Below are positions 1 to 13,400 of a DNA stretch of 64,000 bases, piece by piece. This DNA is from Mizuhopecten yessoensis (lineage: Eukaryota). The translations under genes and the position numbers were made by a program. The notes under the pieces were generated by a model. That model ran no database searches. It had not been told where the DNA came from and saw nothing but the letters and a program-made list of their open reading frames with translations. The stretch spans positions 411,794 through 475,793 of the forward strand of contig NW_018408786.1 of assembly GCF_002113885.1 (NCBI RefSeq), read 5' to 3'. Every line of letters begins with the position of its first letter. Positions within the stretch are counted from its first letter, which is position 1.

Positions 1-3000
1 TGTAGTAGAGAGGCCTCCATCCACAGCTATAACGTACAGGACCACCTCATCTCTTTGGAAGTCCACTAGCTTAGATTTAACGGTGATACTAGCCGTTTTA
101 AAATTGAAGCTGAAATAATCTTTGTAGGCTATATCGTCTTTTTTCGTTGGAGCTAAACAAACAGACATTACGAAGTAGTAACAAGTTATCTTACGTAGTC
201 AATATTCAAATCCACGTGTTATTTGAAGTACGTCAATATACCACTCCACAGGTAATATCACATGAACTTACACGAAAGCATACAGATATCTGTCTCACAA
301 TTATAGAATACATTGTACTGGAAAGTCGTTCATGATTCCAAAAAATATCCGCAAATTAATAATGGAAAAAATACTTGCCACCTGATAAAACAATGATTCT
401 ATGAACGCTCGTTTGCTCGTCTTGACATGACATGGTATAACTATTTTCTTACAATTCTAGATATACTCTGCCTGGGAAACTATTAATGCTGAAGATAGAA
501 TTGTCTGAAAGTCTAATTATGTCAAGATTAATATATATTTTTTACATCATTTAACTTACACTTTCACATTACCTAAAATCTTTAAACTAGCATCATATCT
601 AGTTCTTTAACTTACTTGTACATCCTGGCTAACAACTTAATTTACACCTGTTTTCTTAACTTACGTCGTACTTAATCCCTTAACTTACTCCTTACCAAAC
701 AGAAAAGTTAGATCTTGCGACTCCACATCAGTTGCATTTATTTCATCAATAAGTGTTTGATCAATGCTTGCGTCACGCGAAACATTGACGGCGTAAGTTT
801 TAGCGGAAAACACTGGTGCGTTGTCGTTGACGTCAGTCACTGTCACCTTGACATCTACAGTACTAGTGAGAGATGGAGTTCCTTTATCAAACACCAACAC
901 CTCGCAAGTATGTAACCTCACTGTTTCAAAGTCTAACGCAGACGTCAATGTGAAGATGATTTTGAAGATGTCAACTGTTGTTATATCTATAAAAAACAAA
1001 ATGGAATTAAATGATATATTTTCTGAATTCTTCCAGAAACTAAACTTCTTTCTGATTTAAACTGTGTGGTGTTTCAACAGTTCCTATATGAAGATGTGCT
1101 GTAGTTATTGCAATTGAGCTTACTTAGTCCTGAAATTTATATACCGCTTAAGGGCATTAACAACCATAACTGACGCTTCTGTCAATCAAATCTGCGCTTT
1201 AGCATTAAAACTTCGTCACAGAGGTATACTTACTCTGTGATTACTAATGTACCATTCTTATATAAGCAAGTTATTAATGAAAGCAGTTTAATAAGATAAT
1301 CACTATAATTGATTTGTTTAGTGTAATACGCACTCAGCTTGGCTGTAAATGGACAGTCTGAATCTAGTGTTACAGACACATCAATGTCACCATTTTCTCC
1401 AATATCTTCATCTCTGATAAAACCAAAGGATTCCGTCTGAAAAGTAAAAAAATTATTAGTACCTGTATAAGGTCAAAATTATATTATCATTATATTATAT
1501 ATACCAATAAAGTCTATGGTGAGAAATATTGCCCTTGCTCTTATATTTAGAACAGATATATTTAGAGCTGATCAAAGAACATAAATGGCCAATTAAATAT
1601 AAATTGACCCGACCAAGTGCTCTTTAATGGTACAAGTATATGGTTTTATTTTTCCAAATTCACACTCTTGTGCAGAAGTGATTAACTGGAATTTCACTAA
1701 TGAAGCTATCATTGAAGCAATAAAAGAACATAATGCCCAACAACAAAACCCAGGATTCTTCAGGGTATTACTCATATTTCATATAACACATACCTGACAA
1801 AAAAATACGACAACCATACAATCCTATACCGAACACACTACAGAATATTTTGAAATTAATGTCATTTTGAGCTTTTGGTATGTAGAGCAGATATGTGTTA
1901 AAATGGATTCAACTTACAGAAATCAAGCTCAGTGTCTTAATATATAACATAATGTGATCTCCATAGATATTGGTATTACTGTAGATGCCACAATTTTCGT
2001 AAGGATTCTGTCTCCTTAGTAGTATTTGAACTACACGTACAGCACAAGATTTACGAAATGTATGACGGCTTAACTATCAAACACATGTTAAAACTATAAC
2101 TGCATCTTCATACAAACCCAACATATGTATACTTAAATAGGCATTTTTGATAAAATTGGAAGAACGATTGCTTAACACTTCAAGCATTATAACAGCTTGT
2201 GATATTACTGTTATTTAAATCTGCGTATACTACGCACAAAATATTCCTATCATAAACTATAGTGACGGTACGTATCACTAGAATTATGACCGTTTAGTAT
2301 AGAGGAGTATTCCACGTTTAAATAAAATCATATGTCAACAGTATGCACGATTGAATTCGAATTGAGATTGTTCGTTGAGCGAAGATAGATCAACTGTTTG
2401 AAAGTACTGTCTCCTGGAATTTCTCAGTTTGTCACAATTGTTTCGTAACCCTGTTGTTGTTGTTCCAAGTTGGAGGTATACTAGGCACTCGGCTTTATAA
2501 AGGACTAAGGAGAGAATCGATACTGCAATATGGCTGACACTCCTTTATTGTATTTTCAAAAACTTTTCAATTGAATTCCTTTGTATGGATTGTTTTTTAT
2601 TGACGTTATTTCATGGGTACTTCTCAACATCATGAATATTCTTAACTGAAATGTTAAATTTTGTTCATATTTCTATAATAAAAGTTTATGCATTATTTCT
2701 TTGTTTCAATCAGTTGGTAATTTATTAATTATGCATATTTTAGAATTTCACTTCAAGTTTGAGGAAAAAAGTTCCTTAGAGTAAAAAACCAAGTATATAA
2801 CCTGGCATGTGTAAAATAGACCTCATATGCCCTCCTTATCGCCAACACATCTCCTATAACTTTCTCACTCTCTGATATTCCTCATGATTTTTCTTTCTTT
2901 ACCTCGTCGCTAATGCGCAGGTCCTCCTTTACTGTGATGTCATATCCCCCTCCGGATGACTGATCGCTGAAGATTGGACTGTTGTCGTTAACATCCTGTA

Positions 3001-6000
3001 TCGTTACCTCTACGGGAACGACTGCTGTGAGACGATATGGACTGCCAGCGTCAGCTGCCTGGCAACACAAAAATGTTTGATATATCTTTGTTTGGTTTTC
3101 TGCATTGACAAACCAAATATTTCCGAAAGGCGCTTCTATATTTCAAGTAATTTTGTTTTACACATCAACCTATGTAATAAACACAGTATAAGAAATAAAC
3201 GTGCTTCGCGACATTTAATAAAAAATGTTTTTTGTTGGTTAATTTACTAGCCTATGACTTTAAGTGAGCTTTGAATAAATGACACCATTTTGCTCTGCAA
3301 TGTCATAATATTACTAGTACCTGCTTACATTGTGTTATTAGAATTAGCATAATTTCTCCTTGTTGAAACTATTAAAAACATTTAGTAGACGTTTTGAATA
3401 TTAAGTAAATACTTAAATTACAACTTGTTCTCATTCACTTATTATTAACTTGACAACGCATACATGGTACTTACTTCTACAGAAAAATCGCAGAGCGCAA
3501 AAGCACCTTCTCGGTCCAGGTTTTTCTTCAATGTCATTACGCCAGTCGCCGAATTAATAGCAAAGTGACTGAAACAAGCTGTCCAATAACAATTTTCTTG
3601 TTAAGTTACGTGAATAATGACATTATAACAAAACATTTAGAAAGGTCCAGTACGTAATGTAAGCATTCAAAGAAAAAAACGTATTCCTAACTCATTTAAT
3701 TCGGTCATCCGAAGATGTACTTGCATGGCAAATCTGGTTACTGCAGGTGCAGTAGTATAGAAGATATGTCCCGGACAAACCTTTTATATAAAGGGAATAT
3801 AAAATAGATGAATGAAGTATCTTTTTTTAAGTCCTAAAGAAGAGAAAACAACACAAACATATGTTCTCCTTGGTGCAGCTTACCGTCAGATCCCACAATT
3901 GTATAGGTTATTTTTTGGTTGAGCCCCTCGTCCTCGTCTTTGGCGAGTACATTTACTATATTTGTATTGATGGGTATGTCTTCCTTCAGAATGCGGCGGT
4001 ATTTATCAGTCGAGCCAAACGTTGGATGGTTGTCATTCATGTCAGTCACAGTCACAGTCACCTGTTAAATTGTAACACATTTGTGCGGTTATCGTACAAA
4101 AATACATCGATTTGAACTTATTTCTGAGGCTGCATAGAAACACACGGAGGAAGAACTTTGCATACCACACTTGATACCCAAACCTCAATATTGAATTTAC
4201 ACAGGGAGTGTCATTAGGACACATCGTTTAGATGTAACTCATAAATTCGGAATCGCTGAAGGCATAATTCTAACCTTTCTCTGAAATTTTGTATTGATAA
4301 ATAGCCACGTCTTGGAGAACTCTGAAGAAGGGTTGTAACCATATGGTTTGAAAAGACCGTCCTCATGGGACCCTGGCTGTTGCGAGAACGGTAAACCACA
4401 AATAAACAAACAAGTGGTTTGCAAAGTTATGGACAAAGAAAAATCGACAGAAATAGAAGTAGGATAAATCCATAACAACCCTTAGGTAATCTAATTGCGC
4501 ATAATTTGTACCACTGACAATCGTACAGTGGTCACCCAAATGTAACGAGAGATCTAGATGATTTTATACGATTATCACATTTGCTTAAAAACATTTATGT
4601 GGCCTATAAGCCATAGGAATAATTGTTAGTCTTAATATACAGTATTCATTAGGCCTCAAACAACCGAAACCAATTGCGCCGAACTAGATTTAGTTATAAT
4701 AGGACATAAACTGTTGACACGTTTTGCGACTTGAAATGACCAACCATTGATTATCATGAAACCAACTACACATAACTGTATTTTCAATTTGCCGCTTAAA
4801 TTCGATTCGGAACCAAATCTGAACATCAATATGGCCGCCATTGGCCATCTTGGATTATGTGAAAAAGCCAGTTGGTTTCCGCGCGGAATATTTTGAGTAT
4901 AATGTCACTTTCTACAAATGTCTTTACTATCAATTTCCGGCTTAAGTTTGATTTCGGCCCAAATCTAAAAATCAACCAAGCTACCAGCGGAGCCATGTGT
5001 CACAATAACTTCCGTGGATCTTTTGTTTATTTCGATATAAAAGTGGTACCATTACAACACGTAATGCTAACACCGTTAGTATTCGGTCTCTTGGTGTTGC
5101 AGTACCAAATATGTAGATTTCTTCCTATAGTATATTCTTTAATGGGAAATAAAATTAAACCTATAACTTGTATCATTTTACATTAAGGACAGTTTTTAAT
5201 TTATTGACTTATTATTGACATTTTTTACAAAGTATTGAGGAAACTTACTAGTGCTAAATCTGTGTCATCCTCAACGGTAGCACGTACAACAATTACGGTA
5301 GACTGAATCGCTTCCCTGTCAAACGGGTCTTCGACCTTGATGTTACCGGAAGATTCAACCTTCACGTTTTCAGCTCCTGAAACCTTGTCAAAAATTACCG
5401 TCTTGCCATTCTGGCTGGTCACATCACCAGACAACGTTCCTATATCTATATTTGGGATGTTTTCTGGAATAGACATTTGGATGTCTTGAAGATTAAATTT
5501 TACTTTCCCGGATGAGGAGTCGTCCTCCACAATTTCCAACGTCAGTGTGGCCGTGGAGGTAAGGGGGGGGTTGCCTTTGTCCATGGCGATCAGTATGACT
5601 GTGAGGTTCTTGATGGGTGGGTCGGATGTTTTAGTACGCATGACACCACTGCTATTCAGAGTGAGGCTAAGTCCAGTCGGCAAGGACATATTGATTGGCT
5701 TGTTTATCTGGCCATTCAGACCACTGTCTCGGTCTAGAGCGGTTACTACCATGATTGGTTTCTCAGCCTGACCGCTGAAATCCGACCTGTTATGGTTAAA
5801 GCAATATATGCATGTTAAATGATTAATAAATGCAGGGCTGTCTCTTGCAAATCAAAGTGAATACAACTCAATTCAGCTTCGTAAACAAATTCGATGAACA
5901 AGGTCGATATCATAAAAAATCGTGCACACTCTTGTTCAATAAATTAAAACAGACTAAACTGCGAGTGAAGAACAATTCTTAAGCTTTCCAAACATCATTG

Positions 6001-9000
6001 TTTTATCTTCAAAAAAAACAACACACACACTTAAAATTGTATTATATTCCAAGCTCTGTTTTTAATAAAGCTGACAATTTAAATTAATATCAAGTCTTCT
6101 GGTTAGTAGCATTTTTTTAAAATTATAATTATCTTGATATATACTCCACAAACCGAATGCAGAAACCACCATTACTCCAGTTTGTTTCCATTATAAAGCC
6201 ACTTAACACTTATAAAATATTTCAAATTATTTTAGTAAAGTGGATTTATTAGTGCTTTAACCCTGTCCTACCCTCCTTTCTGGGTTTTGACAAAACGGAC
6301 CCTAGTAGTATAATAACCCATATCAACTCACTTTTTTATTTTGATGTAGTGGGCTCCAGTAGAGATATCTTGTGTGAAGTAAGGTGCGTTGTCGTTTACG
6401 TCCGTTACTCTTATGGTGACCGTTGAAGAGCTGCTTCTTGGAGTTTTTCCATTATCCTTTGCTACTGTAACCAGTTTATATTCAGTTGTAGTTTCGTAAT
6501 CTAAATTCTTGTCACAACGAATAACTCCATCGTTATCAATAGAGAATATTCCATCTTCATTACCACTGAAACATAAAGCATCATATAGTGCACTATATAG
6601 TTGATATTAAAACAAAAAATAAATACAACTAGGATTCAAATTAATACCTCCACAAGATCACCCTCGCTTACCTGATGAAGTTGTAACTGGCTATATCCCC
6701 GTTCACACCCTCATCTTTGTCAGAAGCTGAAACATTAAACAACGAAGAACCAATCGACTTGTCCTCCGGTATGTCCGCTATAAGAGCTGCAGAATCAAAG
6801 ACTGGGTCATTGTCGTTTACATCAATGATTCTCACCACCATCGTTGTGGTCACACTGCGGAGTGGACTTCCGTTATCACGTGCTAGTAAGGTGAAGTTAT
6901 GAAATGGAATTGTTTCTCTGTCCAGTGAATGTGCAACAGTAATTTGTGCAACAGTAATTTTTCCCGAGAGTCTATTGTCTATTCGGAAGTAACCGGAGTC
7001 TCCTTGGATTCTGTAAAATACTCGGCCATTTTCGTCTTCGTCCAGATCATTTGCTGTTACCGTGGTGACAACATTTCCGATTGATGCTCCCTCACTTATA
7101 CTCGTTGACCTCCTTGATGAGAAAAATATAAAAAAAGTTATAATAAAACTGTGAAAATGAAAACTATTAGTTACCATTTACAACATATTTGTATCGGTAT
7201 ATAGTTCATCTATATTTCGAAAAAAGTCTGTCCAAAGAAACAAAATATTTTCAACTGTTTATTTTTAAGAGATTGCATTGCAATCTTTCACACAATTTCT
7301 AGCAGTAGTTCTAGTTCTACGATACAGTGGCACCTTCAACTAATTGATTTTTTTCACAAAATTGGGTGTATTCAGCACAAATGATAGACTATATGTATTA
7401 CACAATAATTTAAAATAAGTATCTAATTAGTTATTCAGAGGATAAGGTAACAAATTGAAGTAAGGCGGGTTTGGGTTTGTACTGACAGATACAGTCTGAG
7501 CTAGCAATTAATTATCAAGTAACTTTACAGTAGAAAGAGAAAAAGAAATGAAAGAACTATGTCAATGACCCAGTTTTGAACAAAACATATCCAATTATTG
7601 CAGCCAGAGGAATTTGCCTACACAATTGCCATTAATTTGTGTTATATGAACCTGTATATAATATATATTTCCCAATCGGACAAAAATAATTCGCAAAAGA
7701 CATTTAATTTGCTTTTCGCTCTACGACATTATTACATGTATATAGATTGATTATAGATGTTCAATGATTAGTCAACAATACACGACCTACCAGTCTCCTG
7801 ACGTGAAATCGAACGTTGGTGTATTATCATTGATGTCAGTCACCGTGATGTTTATGCTAACCGACCCTGTGTTTACACCATCATCAGCCGTGACGACAAG
7901 GGTTACAATATCGATCACCTCACGATCAAGTTCTGAAATTGTTGTTATCACACCCGTCTCTGGGTGTATTGCGAAATTACTACTGGCTATTGCGAAGGTA
8001 AAAGAAGGATTTTCATCGGCGTCAGTAGCAGTGATGCCACTATCGACCTGAAAGAAAGCACGATGCAGAGGATATGACAAATGAAAAGTTAAATAAACAA
8101 GTTAAAACAATTAGAAAACGAAGGAAAATAACATTATTTATTAAAAAAATCGGAGGTCTTGCATGAACAATATATGGTGTAGTGGTGAATCTTCCCCCTT
8201 TACACACCTTAACAGTCCTTCCAGTAGAGCTACCTTCCTCTATTTTTCCCGTGTACTTTGAGCGCTCAAACACAGGCGCATTGTCGTTGACATCATCCAC
8301 TACCACTTCAATATCTCCAAGTACCTGTTGGAAAGGAAACAGAAATAGAGATTGTTTTATCCAAGTTGGTGAAAATATATGTGAAAACCATCCAGGAAAA
8401 AACATCCCTGAATGATTTGTTAGTCACAGACCCAAAGGAATATCAACTTCTTTTGTCTCTAATCTACCCTCCCTGATGACATTTCTAGTTTAGTGGTCAG
8501 CATATCTTGTGTTCTTGTCAGAAACAATCCATTTCAGTTTTGATGACATTTTCGCTTACTAATCTCTTCATTAATTTTTAATTACAAGTTCATTTTTTGT
8601 GTGTATGTGATATGACTATGAACCACCAATATCATTATAATAAATAAGACAAATACCTTGATGAAATAAATCGTCCAAGACAGGTAAAAGACTCACGGTT
8701 AGAGAACAAGAAGTCTCACTGCTCTTGAATGCTGTTATTGCGAACTGCAGCTTTTGTTCATTCTGGTTTTCTCTATCCAGTCTTTTCTTTGTTAGGACTT
8801 CCCCCTGCATACCACATCAGCAACTTAAAAATCTTTTAAACTACGCATTACAACAAATTTCAATAATTGGTTTATTCATTAAAATAATCGTTTGAAAAAA
8901 CATGAATTTTTAAATTGCTAAAAGACACCATAACTTATTTGGTACTTAATGAATGATTATATTAAAAATTATAATATTATAACAAATTTCAATTTCAATT

Positions 9001-10434
9001 TCTTCATTAACATCATCGTTCAAAATACATGACATGTTAAACTGCTCAAAGACACTAGAACTCATTTGGTATTTTATGGCTGATTTTCATAAAAGCCTGA
9101 ATTACATATATCTTAATAAAATGGAGTGGGTCAAAAAGTAATAACAACGGTAGCTTCCCGAATAACCCTGGATCCTTAATAAAATGAGGATTGAGGGATT
9201 ACCGTAGTTTGGTTGATTGTGAAGTATTCCTCGGCTCTGCTACTCGCAAACTCATAACTGATGAAGCCGCTGACATTAGCCCTAACCACAGGTGTACCTG
9301 GGGGCATGTTTTCAAATACATTGGCAATGAAATTCAACCCTAGATTAGTGCCAGGTTGTCGAGACAGGTTCACAATCACGTCAGCCGTGTTGTCCTTTAC
9401 TCCATCACTTGCTGTCACGTTTATAAGTATGTTTGCCGAGTATTTTGACTCTCCGCTTATATCCCGAAATGGTATAAGTTCTGTTCTAGCCAATGTCTGT
9501 ATGACGCCTTGATGGTTAATACTGAAGAACGAACTGTCAACACTGTAGGTCAGAGTTGTCATGGTGTCGATATCAGTTGCCTGGACTACACCCACCAACA
9601 GACCTGACAGAGAGGTGGGAAAGATGTCGAACGAGTATGTTGTGTCTGAAAATTGAGGCGGGTTATCATTGACGTCCGTTATGTGCAGGACTACTTTGGT
9701 TGAAGCCGTCATTGAACACACACTGACTTCAATATTGAAAATGATCGGCGACAGGCCACTCTCAAAGTCGAGACCACCGGGTCCAATGCTTACGTCAGAG
9801 GACCCAAGTGTCAAGTTTGTAAGTGGTATATCTGAAGATGCTAATGTGAAAGGATCTGAAATTGAATATTCGATTACTTTTGACTTTGTGTTTTCTCTTT
9901 TCGTTACGACCATTGATGCTCTAATGATAAGTACTTTGAGCGTTAAGATTTTAGAGCCGTACGTAATGTCAAATGTGTCCAGGTAGGCTGTAATGCTGGA
10001 CTGTCCAGTAATGGTGGTCAGGCTGATGGCGATTTTAGAGTACACATTTTCTCCAGATAACCGATATTTCACTGACTCTGGGGCATTATACGAATCTCCT
10101 GACCGCAACGTTGGTAACGTGGCCAGTAACTGCCCAGAAAACATCCCGTCAGCAACAGTGACACAAAGTTCTGTTGGTATCGACACATCTGACCATGTCT
10201 CCAATATGGCCACTATTTTGTCAGCGACCACCAGGTCACTAAACGCCATCTTGGTTTGAATACCCAAAGCAAAACTTGCATCTGAACTAGACAATGCAGA
10301 ATCCAGGATCACGGTCACTGCAGAACAATTTACTTCATACCGGAAGTTATTCTCTGTAAATGCCTTTATAAAATTGACTTCCGGTACATCAGTACATAGA
10401 TTCGCGACGTCATTTGCGAAAGGGATGGTAAAAA
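1..10434 (-). CDS. Cadherin-repeat block of the above gene (13 exons, about 11 EC repeats, some degenerate)
   Basis: Motifs TDVNDNPPQF, DDVNDNAPVF, TDINDNTPTF, IDVNDNDPVF, TDVNDNAPYF, TDMNDNHPTF, QDVNDNSPIF, TDVNDNAPVF; LDRE, LDYE, LDFE. All junctions keep the frame. Confidence 0.95.
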
Positions 10435-13400
10435 CTGAAAAGGTAAGAGCATAGATAACATTTCCAGTTATTCCATTATATTGCCTCTTTCAAACAGATT
10501 TCATGGAACAATTTGCTACGCTCTTTCTCTGTAATTGTAGGTTTTTTTTCAGTGTAACAGTATATCTAGTTAAACATATAAAGCAATGCATCTTAAGTTA
10601 TGATTGTGTAACCGTTTCTTATATCTATATCCATATAACAGTTTATCTTTGGTTGTAATACTGTTATGGTCAACAATGAAGCACGTGAATTAATTCTCAG
10701 TATAGCTTACATGGACAAGTGTCGTTTGACCTTCATCATTAAAACAATTACAGACGTGTATTATTTACAACAAAAAGGTGTACCCTTTTCAAAGATATTA
10801 AGTTTGAAAACAAATTTGTCAAAGACTGGTGAATATTGATAATGTATGAAATAACAAGAGATACCTTTTTATGAAATTTTACTGTATATTGAATACATAG
10901 TATCTGAATAGTCGACTGCTATTGAAATTTGTTCAATTTGTTTGCAGGTTTTAACCACCAGAGGGCACGTTGTTGTAAGTATTGCAACAATTTACAAATA
11001 ATTACAACAGTGACAAAAAAGCAGATTGGTGAAAGGGGTACAATCTTTACAGGTTTAGGTATCCTTGTTCTAGCTCCAAGTGTGCTTTTGATGTTTGGAC
11101 GTTGCAAAGATCAACGTAAAGATTTAACTAGTTTCAAATGAAATGGACTGATGGTAAAAGGAAAATATGTTTGTAGTTAAATATATACATTTAAGGTATG
11201 TACTTATCTCTATATGAACAGTATATCTATAATTATCTACAAATACTATGAAGTTTACTTACTTGGTGTTCCAACAGGCTTTGGTACTTGCAGGGACACG
11301 GTAAGGTTCGGATAGGCGAACAGGACCTTTGGTACTGCAATGCATAAGCAAAAGAAGAATTCAAAACTTAACTACACAAATGAAGTTGTTTTTGATGCAT
11401 TAAAACTAAGATGTAATAAAAAAAAAACACCAAGATACTGTAGCATAACATAATAGTATTTAACTTACAAACCAAAAAAGATCGAGTATGTTGTCTTCAT
11501 TAGGACCATTGACATGTTAATCCAATAATCAATAAGCATCCTCCTCAACCTATCGATTGTCATTTTATAATCTGCAAAGTTCTAGATAAAAATATACTAC
11601 AATGTACAAAAACATATTTTTATATTGTGGTAATTTGATTGATTTGGACCTTTGATCCCAATGTAACTAGGGCTTCTTATCACGAGTAATCATCCAGTGC
11701 AATTTGATAATGAAGCTGGTCCTGAAACTGTTCACAGACTGGCGGCGGATAAGGGGATTATCTACAGTATCTAATCTCCGTAACGTAGCTATCACAAATC
11801 AACGTATAGTTCCTGGCTATGGAAATATGTTCATTTATGCGTGAGATAAGGATAATATTTAAATGAAAACCTAAATCAAAAGTTATTCCATCATTAGTAT
11901 TTGTAAAGTAGAAAAAAATCGAAAAAAAGCATAAAAGCATATTATTTTTTTGGTTTGTCATGGGCATTTTTAAGAACTTTGTTTCCAACGAACCAAGTAA
12001 CTCGTCACAAAAAATAGGAATTTGATACTGTGTTCGGTTACGCATTCAAGACGATTTCTAATGTTATTTGTAGGAGAAGATAAATAGGATATTCTAACCA
12101 CATCAACATGAACGAAACACCTACCAGGCGTGCAGCTTCTCTGATCCTTAGTTTGGATGAAGCCTGACTCACAACGACAGCTCCATTCCCCAAATCTTTC
12201 CACACATGCACTGTTAGGTGTTACACAGACGCCTGTTTCACTGTGGTCACCACAGCGACCGTTGAGAAGGATGTCTGTTCTGTTGGACCCGGTTTTAACG
12301 CAGGGAACTTGGACTAAAATAGAAACCACAAATCTCTCTGTAGTTTGTATGCAGCCAAATAAAGACCGTACAAAAGAAGTATATTAATCAGGATACGCTA
12401 TTTTAGCTATGTTCTAAATGATTGGCTCACGGATGCAGCATGCTATAACATAACTACTATAAATCTAATATTTCTTTAGCTTGATCGAAAAAGCACACAG
12501 TTAACATACAGTTTGAACATTCTCATGAACAGCTGTGTGGCGATTCCCCAATGAATATTCAACAGACTATAATATGCACTTTTTAAACATTTATGATCGT
12601 TTGCAACATAGCTCCGATCAAACTTGTTCTATACACGCAGTTGATTTCCTAGAACAACTTGATAAAATGAGAGAGAAAAACAAAGAAATGTCGCTTATAC
12701 AATGCTGTTGAGTATACCTTAGTTAATCGCCAAAATCTGTTTCATGAGAGAAAATGCAATAGAAAGTAGGTTGAAACATTTGAAAAAAAGACCATCTATG
12801 ATTAATGCTTATGTATCTTTTTTTTATATAAGCATTATATGGTCAACACCTGTACAAATCAGCCCACTAAAATACTAAACGAGTGTATGTGGTCGTTTTG
12901 ATGCTTAAAAATAAACAGAGACTACGTTATTCTCAACCTAGAAATGAACTGACTATCCATTCCACATTCTTATGAAACAGTTTTCAAATGATCAATCATC
13001 TACCGATTTTATCATTCTATTGTTCTGAATATTTCATATTTTTGAAACTTATAACTGTTTAAATATTCTAATTTCTAAAACCTTTCTAAATTAACTCGTT
13101 TGCTGTAAGATCTCAATAGAGATAGATTTTCGTCAATTTTTTGGAAAACTTATGATTATGCACATTTTTCTCTTGGATTCTATTGTCATTTTGGAGAGAA
13201 ATAAAATAGCATATGCAACGAAACATATTTAATTCTCCGAGAAATTATAAAATATGTTAACTAAGTAATCTCGTTTAGAGCGTGATCGAAAACCAAACGA
13301 TAATAGTGAGAAGTGCGAGGTAAGCTACATAATTCAATCGTATAGATATATATTATTTAAAGCGTCCTTGCTTTCCAGTTTCATAGTATAAAAATACTGT

